Source: Macrostomum lignano
Taxonomy: Eukaryota
DNA: 64,000 nt
Direction: 5' to 3'
NCBI GenBank assembly: GCA_002269645.1
Contig: NIVC01000103.1
Location: forward strand, 186,001-250,000
Below, piece by piece: positions 1 to 11,199 of this stretch (positions are counted from its first letter, which is position 1; the number at the start of each line of letters is the position of its first letter). The translations under genes and the position numbers were made by a program. The notes below the pieces were generated by a model that saw only the letters and a list, made by a program, of their open reading frames with translations, had not been told where the DNA came from and did not search any database.

Positions 1-89
1 TATTAATATTTTGAAAAATACAGTTAGCAAAGCAAAGGTTTACATCAAATGCCTAGTGTTGGTTTAACAACAAAGTAAGGAATTTTATC

Positions 90-3000
90 ATGACGGATAA
101 GGAAACAACTCAGGAACCAAAGTCTGGTGGTGAGGAGGTTAAGAAAGAGAAGAAGGTGGTTGGTAAGTTTGGGTTTCGTTTTATAAGAATGTGTGATAAT
201 TTTTGTAAGAAATTTTTGTAAAAAAATATAAAATTTTTAGGGTTTTGACTTTTGAGTGCAGTGTAATTGCTGTCGAATTGCTTTTTTACCTATTATTTTT
301 TACAGCATAAAAACGCAATTTAAGGCTTATCCTTAGACCTAACAAAAGGTCACATTTAGGACTATAAATTGAACTTGAAGATAACCTGCTATGAACATTG
401 CAGGGTTTTCTTTTTTGCCAGAGAAAAGGTGCAAAATCGCACCTTATGCTCACTTTCATGGTGTAATTTTATGGCTCAATGTGCAATTTCTCTTATTTCT
501 TTTTTTAAGGCAGTGCAAAGGAAGCTTCACTGGAAAAATAGATTATGAGACTGCATCTACTTTTCAATTTCAGGGTGCAATTTTAAAATTTAGGGTGCAT
601 ATACACATTAAAATGCATCATTTAATTTAATTGCCATTGCTTTTAAGAAACAGTTATAAAAAGATTAAATTAAAAAAAAGTAATATTAAGTTAGATTAGT
701 TTTGTTCTGGTCTTTTGAAAAGAAAAAACATGGATCTTTTCCTACAAATATTAGGCCTAGTTAAATTTCAAATTTATTGATCTAATTCAAAGCCTATAAT
801 ATAATGTCAATAATATAATAATTTATTATTTTGTTTGTTATATATAGTAGTTAATTAACATTTCTAATCATTTTTTTTTCAATATGATTATTTTTTTCAA
901 AAAAAAGTCATTGCATTAGGCTGATTAGTTAAAAAATTCATTTTACATAAAAAATTTATAGATTTTATAAATTATAAATTATATATATATATATTATTCA
1001 ATTGTCTAACCAAGGGAAAAGGGTGGTTGCCCCTTCCAAGTAAAGACTAAAAAAAACAAAGGGCAACTAAGCAATTTGCCAAAATATAAAGCTATCTCTT
1101 CTGTCTTTATCTTCTTTTTATAATCAAAATCATGCTAAGTGCATACCTGAAAAAAAATAAATACAAATGAATGCCAAAAAAATTTAGTGCACACCTATAA
1201 TCTCAAATCTATGTTGACAATAAATAAATGACTTTTTGCATTGCAACAATAAATGACCTTTTTGTGTTAGATAAAGAATCCTTTTTGGTAGATAATTTGG
1301 TTGCATCTTTTTTGCCTATACTATTTATAGTAGAAAATCAATGATCACAAACATTTGTTTAAATGCCTTATTATGAATTTTAAAACCAAAAAGTTTCAAT
1401 TTTTTTCAAAATGAACTTTTCAATCTTTTCCCCTTAATATAATCTAATGATAATGTTTGTATATATAATTATATATTCTTCTACATGATTCTATGAAGTC
1501 CATGCCAGGTGTGCATGCACACTATTTTCTTAGGAGTCATGCACACCAACTATGCACGCCTAACTTTTGGTATACAAGGCCAATGCATGCCTGAATTTTT
1601 GGGCATATACTACTTGATCTGGAGTGTGGCCCCTTTTGGGTCTTTATCTTCCAGAATTTGCCTGAATGACTAAAATTTTTCATTTTTATATAAGCAAAGC
1701 ATATGCAAGAATATAATGGATTGCTAACCTAGCCAATCTTGGATTCACTTCAATGCAGAAATAGAATAGATTGCTAATCTAGCCAATCATGGGTGCAGCA
1801 ACAGAATGGATTGCTAATGCAGCCTGTATGGATAGTGAAATGCCTGCCATTAAAAAACCTTTCAACCATCCCCTCCCCAGCCACCAAGGTGACAGGCACT
1901 GTCAAATGGTTCAATGTCAAGAACGGCTACGGTTTCATCAATCGAGATGACAACAAAGACGACATATTCGTGCACCAGACTGCCATTATTAAGAACAATC
2001 CAAACAAATGGCAACGCTCGGTTGGCGACAACGAGAAAGTCGAATTCGACGTTGTCGAAGGCGAGAAAGGCCTAGAGGCGTCCAACGTCACTGGGCCCGA
2101 TGGCAGTCCTGTGCAGGGCAGCCAGTACGCTTCCAATAGATTTCGACCTGGCGGTGGTCGTGGCGGACCACGCGGCGGCTTTCGCGGCGGCTATGGCGAC
2201 GGCTTCGGGCGGAGGCCCCCCGGTCGCTATTCAAGGCCCTACATGTACGGCCGGGGCGGCGGCATGCCCATGGTGAGTGTATACTCTGGTTTGGGAGTAA
2301 GTTTTTGTCTGTGTCCCGGGTTTGTTCTAAAGGATTTTGGATAATATGGTCTGAGAAGTTTGCTCGGGATTTGGGATAATCAGGTCTGTTGGATTTGCTT
2401 GGGATTTGGGATTATCAGGTCTGAGAGATTTGCTTGGGATCTGGGATAATCAAGTCTGAGAGATTTGCTAGGGATCTGGGATAATCAGGTCTGAGAGATT
2501 TGCTTGGGATCTGGGATAATCAGGTCTGAGAGATTTGCTTGGGATCTGGGATAATCAAGTCTGAGAGATTTGCTAGGGATCTGGGATAATCAGGTCTGAG
2601 AGATTTGCTAGGGATCTGGGATAATCAGGTCTGAGAGATTTGCTAGGGATTTGGGATAATCAGGTCTGAGAGATTTGCTTGAGATTTGGGATCAGAACTC
2701 TAAGCTACTGATCTGCCAACGCCCAAGCTCTGCTTTTATCCAACAAAAGGGCGATCGCGGCTTGCCCGGACCAGAGTACGGCATGGTGCCGATGCACCCG
2801 GCCTTCCCCGGCCCCTATGCTTACCGTGGCGTCGGTGGCGGCCGCCCGATGCGCCGGCCTGCCTATTACGACCCCGGCATGATCAGCAGCTATCGCGGCG
2901 GCTACGCTGGTGGCCTCCCGGCTCAGGCCGGTGGCGGCCCGCCGATGCCCTACCAGTATCCGCCTGTGTACTTTCACCGCGGCGGCGGCGGATTTCGCGG

Positions 3001-3581
3001 CAGTCGAGGCGGCGGCCGGTGGCGAGGCCGAGGCGGCGCCAATCGGCGAAGGGACAGCGGAGGGGAGGCGCCGCCAGCTGCTGTCGATTCTAACAACGAG
3101 AAGTCGAACAGAAAGAATGATGGAAAGGTATTCTAACTATAGAATTACTGTTTTTGACAGAAAATTATTCTATTACATAATCAGTTTTCCCTTATTATGG
3201 TCCCTAATTCGCTCTCCAATCTCAAAGAGAATCGCACCCAATCTCAATAAATCGCTCTCCAATCTCTTACAGAATCGCCTTTAATCTCACAGAATCGGCT
3301 CACATCTCAGAGAACGAATCCCCTACAATCTCATAGATAATCGCCTTCAAACTCATAAAGAAACGCCTCTAATCTTATAGAGAATCGCCTCTAATCTCAG
3401 AGAATCGCCTCACATCTCAGAGAATCGCCTCTAATCTCAGAGAATCGCCTCACATCTCAGAGAATTGCCTCACATCTCAGAGAATCGCCTCCAATCTCAT
3501 GGAGAATCGCTCCAATCTCATGGAGAATCGCCTCCCATCTCATTGCAGACCGGCGAAGACGTGGGCGAGCAGCAGAAGTAG
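90..3581 (+). CDS. YBX1: Y-box binding protein (cold-shock domain + RGG/Gly-rich tail), 4 exons
   Basis: Exons 90-162, 1881-2272, 2750-3127 and 3549-3581 join in frame with GT..AG introns. The product is [60 protein letters not shown] (canonical CSD with RNP1/RNP2-like motifs), then RGG-rich segments, ending GEDVGEQQK*. The symbol denotes the family; exact orthology was not tested. Confidence 0.93.
2345..2695. repeat. 35-bp minisatellite in Y-box intron 2
   Basis: Tandem units of about CTGGGATAATCAGGTCTGAGAGATTTGCTAGGGAT (period 35, e.g. 2441 to 2476). Confidence 0.9.
3200..3540. repeat. ~19-21-bp degenerate minisatellite in Y-box intron 3
   Basis: Repeated AGAATCGCCT(CTA/CAC)ATCTC units running up to the acceptor at 3548. 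Confidence 0.8.
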
Positions 3582-4454
3582 GCCAAGTCAAACGAAAGCT
3601 ATTATAGAGCCGTTGTTGCTTGATGGTTGGACCAAACTATGCGGAGAGCGAGAGGGAATACCGTGACTAAGTAACAGTTAAGTTTTTAGCTAACAAAAAA
3701 TACCAACAAAAGTACAAACAACATGAATATCGTCTCTCCCTATTGAAGTCTATATAATCGTTCTATTTAACTACACACTGTGCCGTCACTACGATTATTA
3801 TATAATAAATATAACCAAATTCGAACCCGAAATCTGTTGTCCGTAAGCCGTTTATTTTTGTCCAGAAGATTTGCAAAATTAAAGTTCCATCAATTGTTTC
3901 ACATCCGCCAGCGTATGATTATAAGTAGTATGTTTAGGTAAGCCCCTAAGCAGGCCTCTTAATTTGTTGTATTGCAAAAGCTGATTTCAATTCTCTTGTC
4001 GCGTATGCCAGTTCGATCGAAATAAAGAGTTCTTTTTCCCTGTTCCCAGTCCAAGTCCCCCCTCCCTACTCCGTTTGGGATTTTTCCTCAGTCTCGGCGT
4101 GTTCTCAAACTTATCTCTTTTCGGTCCGTCAGTCTCAAGTTCCGCCTAACCCTGATCCCAATTGTTATTAACTCAAATATCCCAAGCATATATACTTTAT
4201 ATATTATATATATATACTGTTTTTAGCTAAATTGAGCTGCTGTGTGTGCGGGAGGCGATAGACTTCGAAGCTTGGATAATATTATTAATTAAAGCGCTTT
4301 TCGAGGTCGATGACAATTACGAGCTAGATCGAAAACAGAGACAGAAAGAGGTTGTTTTTTGCCAAGTAAAAACACTGTTTCATCGAACACAAATTGCACT
4401 TGGAAGTCTTTGCATTATTTGTTTTTTAATTACAATTTTCTTCCCAGATTCCAA

Positions 4455-4640
4455 CCTGCCAAGTCCAGTTGCCATCCTCCCAGACTCAGTTGCCACCCTC
4501 CAAGATCTAGTTGCCATCTCCCAGACTCAGTTGCCACCCTCCCAGACTCAGTTGCCACCCTCCCAGACTCAGTTGCCATCCTCCCAAATTCAGTTGCCAT
4601 CCTTCCAAATTCAGTTGCCATTCTCCCAGACTCAGTTGTT
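4455..4640. repeat. 21-bp minisatellite between convergent Y-box and NCBP2 3' ends
   Basis: Units CCCAGACTCAGTTGCCACCCT. They explain the spurious ORFs 4246-4731, 4359-4706 and 4430-4621. Confidence 0.85.
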
Positions 4641-5084
4641 ATCCAGATCCTCAGATATTCAATTAATCAGCTGCATTCCCCGAATCGCCAAATCCTTGGC
4701 AAATAAAAGCAAGTCAATCAGAGGCTTCTAGACATTTGCAAGTGAAAGTACAGGCATATTCAAGCAGGCTAATATTGGTACTGCTGACATAAGAAATGCT
4801 GAATTGTAACCGTTCTCGCCTGGAGCAGGGGGCGTTAATCGCCAGTCGAGAGTGGTACTTTATTTATTTAATAAGTTTAGCTGTTCCTAATACAAACGCA
4901 GACAACGCAAAATCGCAAAATTCTGTACATTTCACTGCACATGCTACTGATGATAGTACAGTACAGATTACAACAGCAAATTGAATTACGCGAATTTAAA
5001 CTCGGGAGAATTTGACTATGACTTATTTCGTATTTACGAATTGTTATTATTAGACAATAGAGAATGGACAGTGAAAAAACGTTT

Positions 5085-8000
5085 CTAGGGGGCGGCTGTG
5101 GTAGCAGCAGCCGGAGCTGCCGCTGAAGGTGCAGCGGCGGTGGAAGCCGCGGTGGCAGCCGGCGCCACCGGCACGGAGGGATCGGTAAACATTCGATCAT
5201 CCTGGCCCATCTTCTGCATGATGATTTTGCCATAGCCTCCGCGGCCCGGGTCGTAATCGACTCTGTATTCGTCGCGCACTTGGCCGCCACTTTTGCCGCG
5301 GCCGTATTGGCGGCCCTCCTGTGGTGTTTTTGGCGAAATGGGATGTGAATGATGGGAATTGGGGACACGTTTGATGGGAGTTGCAGTTGTAACTCGGGCA
5401 GGGTGAACTGGATATGAGATGGCGGCCCAGCAACTGACACTGGGAGGCTCACATAGCCACTCGGGATCTGGGAGGCTGGCCCAGCAACTGAGGATCTGTG
5501 AGGCTGGCCCAGCAACCGAGGATCTGGGAGGCTGGCCCAGCAATTGAGGATCTGGAAGGCTGGCCCAGCAATTGAGGATCTGGAAGGCTGGCCCAGCAGC
5601 TGAGGATCTGGGAGGCTGGGCCAGCAACTAAGGATCTGGGAGGGTGTTGGACCAGCAACTAGGGATCTGGACGGCTGGCCCAGCAACTGAGGATCTGTGA
5701 GGCTGGCCCAGCAACTGAGGATCTGGGAGGCTGGCCCAGCAACTGAGGATCTGGGAGGCTGGCCCATCAACTGAAACTCTGTGAGGCTGGCCCAGCAAGC
5801 AGTAACTGAGGATCTGGGAGGCTGGCCCAGCAACTGAGGATCTGGGAGGCTGGCCCATCAACTGACACTCTGTGAGGCTGGCCCAGCAAGCAGTAACTGA
5901 GGATCTGGGAGGCTGGCCCAGCAACTGGGGATCTGGGAGGCTGGCCCAGCAACTGACACTCTGGGAGGCTGGCCCAGCAACTGAGGATCTGGGAGGCTGG
6001 CCCAGCAACTGACACTCTGGGAGGCTGGCCCAGCAACTGACACTCTGTTGAGGCTGGCCCAGCAACTGGGGAACAGTGGTAGCCCAGTCTGAAACACGAA
6101 CAGCAGCCAACACTCACCTGGAACCCCACATCCCAGTCGGTGCGAATGACCCTATCATCCAATCTGGTGCCATTCACATATCGCATGGCATTCTCAGCGT
6201 CGGAGCGAGTGTAAAATTCTACGAAGCAGAAGCCGCAGGGCGTACGCTTGATCTTGTCGAGGCCCATGACGATGCGCTTGACGTCGCCTGCCCGGCTGAA
6301 CAGCTCGTGGATCTGCTCCTCCCTGGTGTAGAAGGCCAGGTTGCCAACGTAGAGGGTGGAGCTGGATAAAAGCCGTTTCTCCTGCTCATTTTGCGAGCCC
6401 TGGACAAGGATTGTCAAGGGGATCTACTTAACAGTAGGAATACCAAGCCGTTTTCCCGCCAGTCGAACTATCAAGCGGATTTCCTACAACTTTTTTTGCT
6501 GCACCGGAATGAAGCAACCCAGGCACACCAAATGATGTAACTTCTTGTTGCACACCTTCTCAAGCAAGAATAAAGGCGACAGCCATTCTGGACCATCGAG
6601 ATATTCAACGAATGAGAGTCTAGTGGAGTTTTGAGGTTTGCCCACTGTCGAGGCTTGATCAGAGAAACTCAATAAATTTACAACAGGGTGTCTATAGTCA
6701 CCTGGTGCCACCTGCTGTAGGTCCAGAAGCTCCACCAGGGTGAGTAAAAACCAGTGACCAACAAAGTCATAGCTGATGTAGACAAGTGGTCAATGTGCTG
6801 ATTGATTCATAGGGGTGTATTGATTAAATGATTACACTAGAGATTATAGAAAAAATCCAACTTTATGGCAGAATCATTGATTATCTTGATGGTCAAGAGG
6901 GATTTGAGGCAACTTGATTATTGTTTGAGAGGGTGCGCAACAAAAGTTTACCTGTGTACTCATGAATACTCTAGATGCCTGAAATGCTTCATTCCAATGA
7001 AGCAAAAACTTGTCACAGGTGGCATATTTTTTCCCACCCTATGTTGGCAAAAAAAATCGACAAAAAACATGAATTTTTATTCTGGTGTATGCCTGCCATG
7101 ATCTGGACTATGGCCAATAATATATAATATAGAACTATTTTGTTTTATTTATTTTCAAATGATATAGGTTTTGTTATTCTGCAGTAATTATTTGCTGCAT
7201 CTACTGCATGCTGCATTGTTTCTGTGCTTATTAATCACACAATTCTATTGGTATACAATTTATTTAGGGGTTAGACAAGATCTTGATCTCAATCTTGAGA
7301 TCCAAGATCTTAGGGTTTTCTCAAATCTCAATCTTGACTTTAAGATCTAAAAAACATCAAGATTTGAGATAAAAAACAAATGTTTAAGAAGATATCTCAA
7401 TCTATAAGAAACATGCAGCATCAGAGAGCCTAAGGTATCAACATCAATGTCAATATTTTGTTTAAATTTTGTATATTACAAAGAATCCTAAAACTTTTAA
7501 ATATTCTAGGAGCAGTGATTAGTAGTAGTAGTAGTAGTAAATTTGGCTCAGGCAAGGAGCCTATTTTGCCAGTATTATATGATGACGATGTATTTAGTAT
7601 TTGTTCACAAGGTTAAATATTTTTACACAATTGCTAAAAATGAGTTATGATATTTGTATAAGTAAGGTATTTGAAAGAGCATCTGGAATTTTTTATGGTT
7701 TTTTTCAGCCGACTAACGACAGAACAACAATATTCTAAGCAGGGAAAAAAAAAATTGATGTCATTTATCTATGATCTTAATGCAAAACAATTCTTCTAAA
7801 ATGCAATTTAGGACAGTTATAATATACAAGTGATTGTTCAAACATTGTACATTTTTGCATACTATGTAATTTGGTATCACAAAAAATTATTTAAAATTAA
7901 TTAATTTTTATGCTAAAATGACTATTTAAACAATGTTTAATGATAGAAATGCAAAGTTAGTTAAAGGTCCTAAAAAGTGCTTTTACAAAAAAATTTCATT

Positions 8001-8695
8001 GTTCCTATATAGCCCCATAAAAATTTAAATTTTAAAAGTTTAATAACTTTTTTGTTGCATTTCACATAATTCTAAATCTAGTAAATGCTGTTTTTAATGT
8101 ACCTTTATGAAATATGAATTTTGTTGTTCCACTATATGTCTTAAATCTCAATTGAATTTTGAATATCTCAAAGAGTAAGAGGGCAGAGGCCAATCTTAAT
8201 TTTTGAAATTCTTGAAAAATGATATTGAACAACCCCTAAATTTATTAGAACACTCGATTAATTGGCATACTATACTAGTATTCCAATTGCCAAATACTTT
8301 CTGGTGTACATATAACACAATCCGAAATATGGTGGGGATTTCATTGTTTACTTTTAATTAGCCCCCTCCCCCCTAAGACTTTTTGATAGGCCTATAACCC
8401 ACTGTCAGGATTCAGGAAGGTGTCCAGTGTACACAAGAATTTGTGGGCAAAATTTTAGGTGTAGGCCTATGTCAAGTATGCCAAAAATTGGTAATATGAC
8501 TGTCATGTAGGGATGTAGGCTCTACACTCAAATTTCAAAACTTTTTTCTGAAATTTTTCAACTATGAAAAAAGACTAAGACTAAGAGCAATTTCGCTTAT
8601 TTAGGCAAAACATAGCAATATACCTTAAAATGCTGGTCTCGATATGTGCTCAGACGAACTGATTTGGAAGTATCAAAATATTTTCTCTTTGACAT
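5085..8695 (-). CDS. NCBP2: Nuclear cap-binding protein subunit 2 (CBP20), 3 exons, ~195 aa
   Basis: Exons 8695-8624 ([24 protein letters not shown]), 6399-6118 ([63 protein letters not shown]...RTDWDVGFQ) and 5318-5085 ([31 protein letters not shown]...). All introns are phase 0 with GT..AG ends, and the motifs are diagnostic of CBP20. Confidence 0.96.
5420..6070. repeat. 28-bp minisatellite filling NCBP2 intron 2
   Basis: Units GATCTGGGAGGCTGGCCCAGCAACTGAG. The same family occurs at 49320-49812. Confidence 0.92.
7265..8238. mobile_element. Non-autonomous hAT-type DNA transposon in NCBP2 intron 1
   Basis: Imperfect TIRs TAGGGGTTAGACAAGATC / (rc) TAGGGGTTGTTCAATATC. A perfect 8-bp TSD AATTTATT lies at 7257-7264 and 8239-8246. 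An 8-bp TSD with TAGGG termini is typical of hAT. Confidence 0.8.
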
Positions 8696-10344
8696 GATGG
8701 TTCTTATAATATATTGTTAAAATTGTAGTAAAATACTGAATTTCTTGATGCTGGCAGCAACGGCAACGGGTGAGGAGGAGATAAGAAAAACTTGTACGGA
8801 CTCAATAAAAAAACAAAAGTTGCGTTCTAGTATGTTCTAAGTTTCTTAGAACATCTAGATTATCTGATCAATTCTGATTGTATGTTCAATTTTAAATTTT
8901 TACCGTCTAAAAACAAACATAAACATAAAAAAATTACAAAACAAAAAAGTCGTCAAATTCAGTGCAAAGCAAAACGTTTTGTTTTACTTGAACTACGTTT
9001 TCTAGAAAATACAGATGTAATACAACATATTCGTCTTCCGATCTGCAGAAGTAGTTTGTATCTTCAGGAAGGGCTGTGGGTAGCTGTATAGGAAGGCAGG
9101 CCTATACCTGTTCCAGTTGATACTCTGACGGTCTCCTTCGGAGTGTCACGTCCTCTGGTGAACAGCCAGCGATCCTTTTAAAGCTGGAGTGTGCCAAAAC
9201 CAGGGACTGAGTCTGACCAGGACGGGGCCGTTGGCACAGCCTAATATAAATGGCGGGTTGGCGAAGCAAAGGGTGAAATGAAATAGTCCCGGCGAATAGC
9301 CGTCCTGCCGCTTCAAAGAAAAGAGACTGTCTTGGCAAAGAGTACCCGGGGTTTAGTAGGTGGGGAGGCTCCTCCGGGTAGCCACGGCCGTGGGGAGGTC
9401 TTTAGGACCAATTATATGGAGGTACACTATCCCAGGAGAAGGCACGGGCTGCCCCCGAGGTTCACTCGACCCCTGCTAGCCCCGGGGGAGGTTTAGTTTT
9501 GTGCTTGGAGTAGGTGCGCGACGCCCCGACGGTAGGGGGTAGGGCCCGCCCTCAGCCCGACTGGTGTCGCCTGCTCGGCTTGATGGTCAGTCTCTTTTAG
9601 CCTAGCTTAGAAACCTAGTGTACATTAGTACACTCCCAACCTGGATCCTAATTCATTCCTAGTGGCGTATTAAGAGCCTGTTCAATGGCTGAGGCGCCTT
9701 ATTACTTATTTAGTGTTAACGTGTTAGTGCAGAAATTGAAGTAGTAGTAATTTAGTTTTGGCTCAGCAATAGACAAATAGCCTGTTTGGCCAATATAAGC
9801 CAATGTATTTAATTCGGTTTAGTAAACGAGTAGTATTGGAAAGCGCGCCTGAAATATTTTTCGATACCATCGGACGAACATCAACTATACGGAACGACAA
9901 GTATTTTAATATGGAATTCTAAAACAGGAAATATAAATAGGGTATTATTGAGAATGTTGAAACGGGTGATGTATGATCGGAGCTTGATGGAAAGCGCAGT
10001 TCATTCCCTAGAAAACATTGATTTGTTGATTCTTAACAAATGTTATCTTGCTACATCGTACAAGATCTTAACTTTTATTTCTTTTTGTAGCTTCGAATCG
10101 CATATTTTAATAAATTTATTGTCCCATTTGCCATAAAATATAAATAATAATAAAGCTAGAACACTTTGGCCAAATGAATGACAAAACAAATGTACTTCCC
10201 TTCCTGCAAGAACCGAGCAGATTGAGAAGATCTGCTAAGAATGGCACAGAGACAAGATCTGCTAAGTTTGAGAAACAGAATGTCGATCCTCCAGGTTCTC
10301 AAAAGGCGATTTGACATGTACACAACAAAATTACGCATTTAGCG

Positions 10345-11026
10345 TCATAATTCGCGCCTCAATTCCAGGTCGCGAATGAACGCCACGCCGCCGGCGTAAT
10401 CCGGGGCGCCGGCGTCAGCCAGCAGGCAGTCGAAGAAACGCCGAGTGCGCGCCTGCCCCTGTCGGTAGGGTGCCTGTAGCGTTAGCAGCACCTCTGCACC
10501 GGTTCTCGGCAGTACGATTCGGCACGGATGATGTGGCCTGCCAGCTGGAGTCGCCGACGGGGCAACAGGTCGCAATTGGACGGACCATATGCAGGCCAGC
10601 GCGGCGATACAAAGCCGATCTTGAAGGCGGTGCGCAGCAGGCCAGCGTGTGACGCGTCAACTCGTTGCTCAAGCGAATCCGTCAGCGTCCAGGTCTCGGC
10701 GTTGTACAGCAGGACGGTCTCGATCACCGCCTGGAACAATTAGGCCGCCCTCTGGCGGTCAGGTAAGGCCTGGACTGCAGGACTGTCCTCATTGAACGAA
10801 AGGCAGCCCAGGCAAGCCCGCGGCGACGATGCAAATCCTCGCGGACGCCGGGAACCAGACCGCCGAGGTAGACGAACTGCTGACAACGCGGAAGCTCTGT
10901 CGCCTGTCCATCAGCGCCTCGGCACAAAATCGTAGCTTCGATGTCGTCCGGCACGCATGCAGAGCACGACGGTTGACCACCAGGCCGACACTCGCCGCAG
11001 CAGCAACTAGCTTGTCCAGTTGTCAC
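10345..11026 (-). mobile_element. Degenerate RTE-clade non-LTR retrotransposon fragment (end of RT and downstream domain)
   Basis: Frameshifted pieces QQFVYLGG..DLHRRRGLAWAAFRSMR, FQAVIETVLLYNAETWTLT...LLRTAF and RRRLQLAGHIIR match the conserved post-RT motifs of RTE LINEs (YLG, LLYG.ETW, RRL.W.GH..R). Confidence 0.82.
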
Positions 11027-11199
11027 AGCACGGGTTATTATTCACTAGCTAGTTATTCACTAATGTACTTGTACGCTCGTAGAAATAAATAATGATATGA
11101 AAATGACGATAATTACCAAATATGACAGTTTTATTTATGTGTGAGATAGGCAGTCACATGTGTACATGTAGCCAACTTTTTAACACGTTTAATATGCAT

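Noticed and set aside
6484-6735. 83-aa ORF in NCBP2 intron 1 as an alternative exon or transposase piece
   Set aside because: There is no family motif that I can name, and the true NCBP2 exon 1 was found at 8624-8695.
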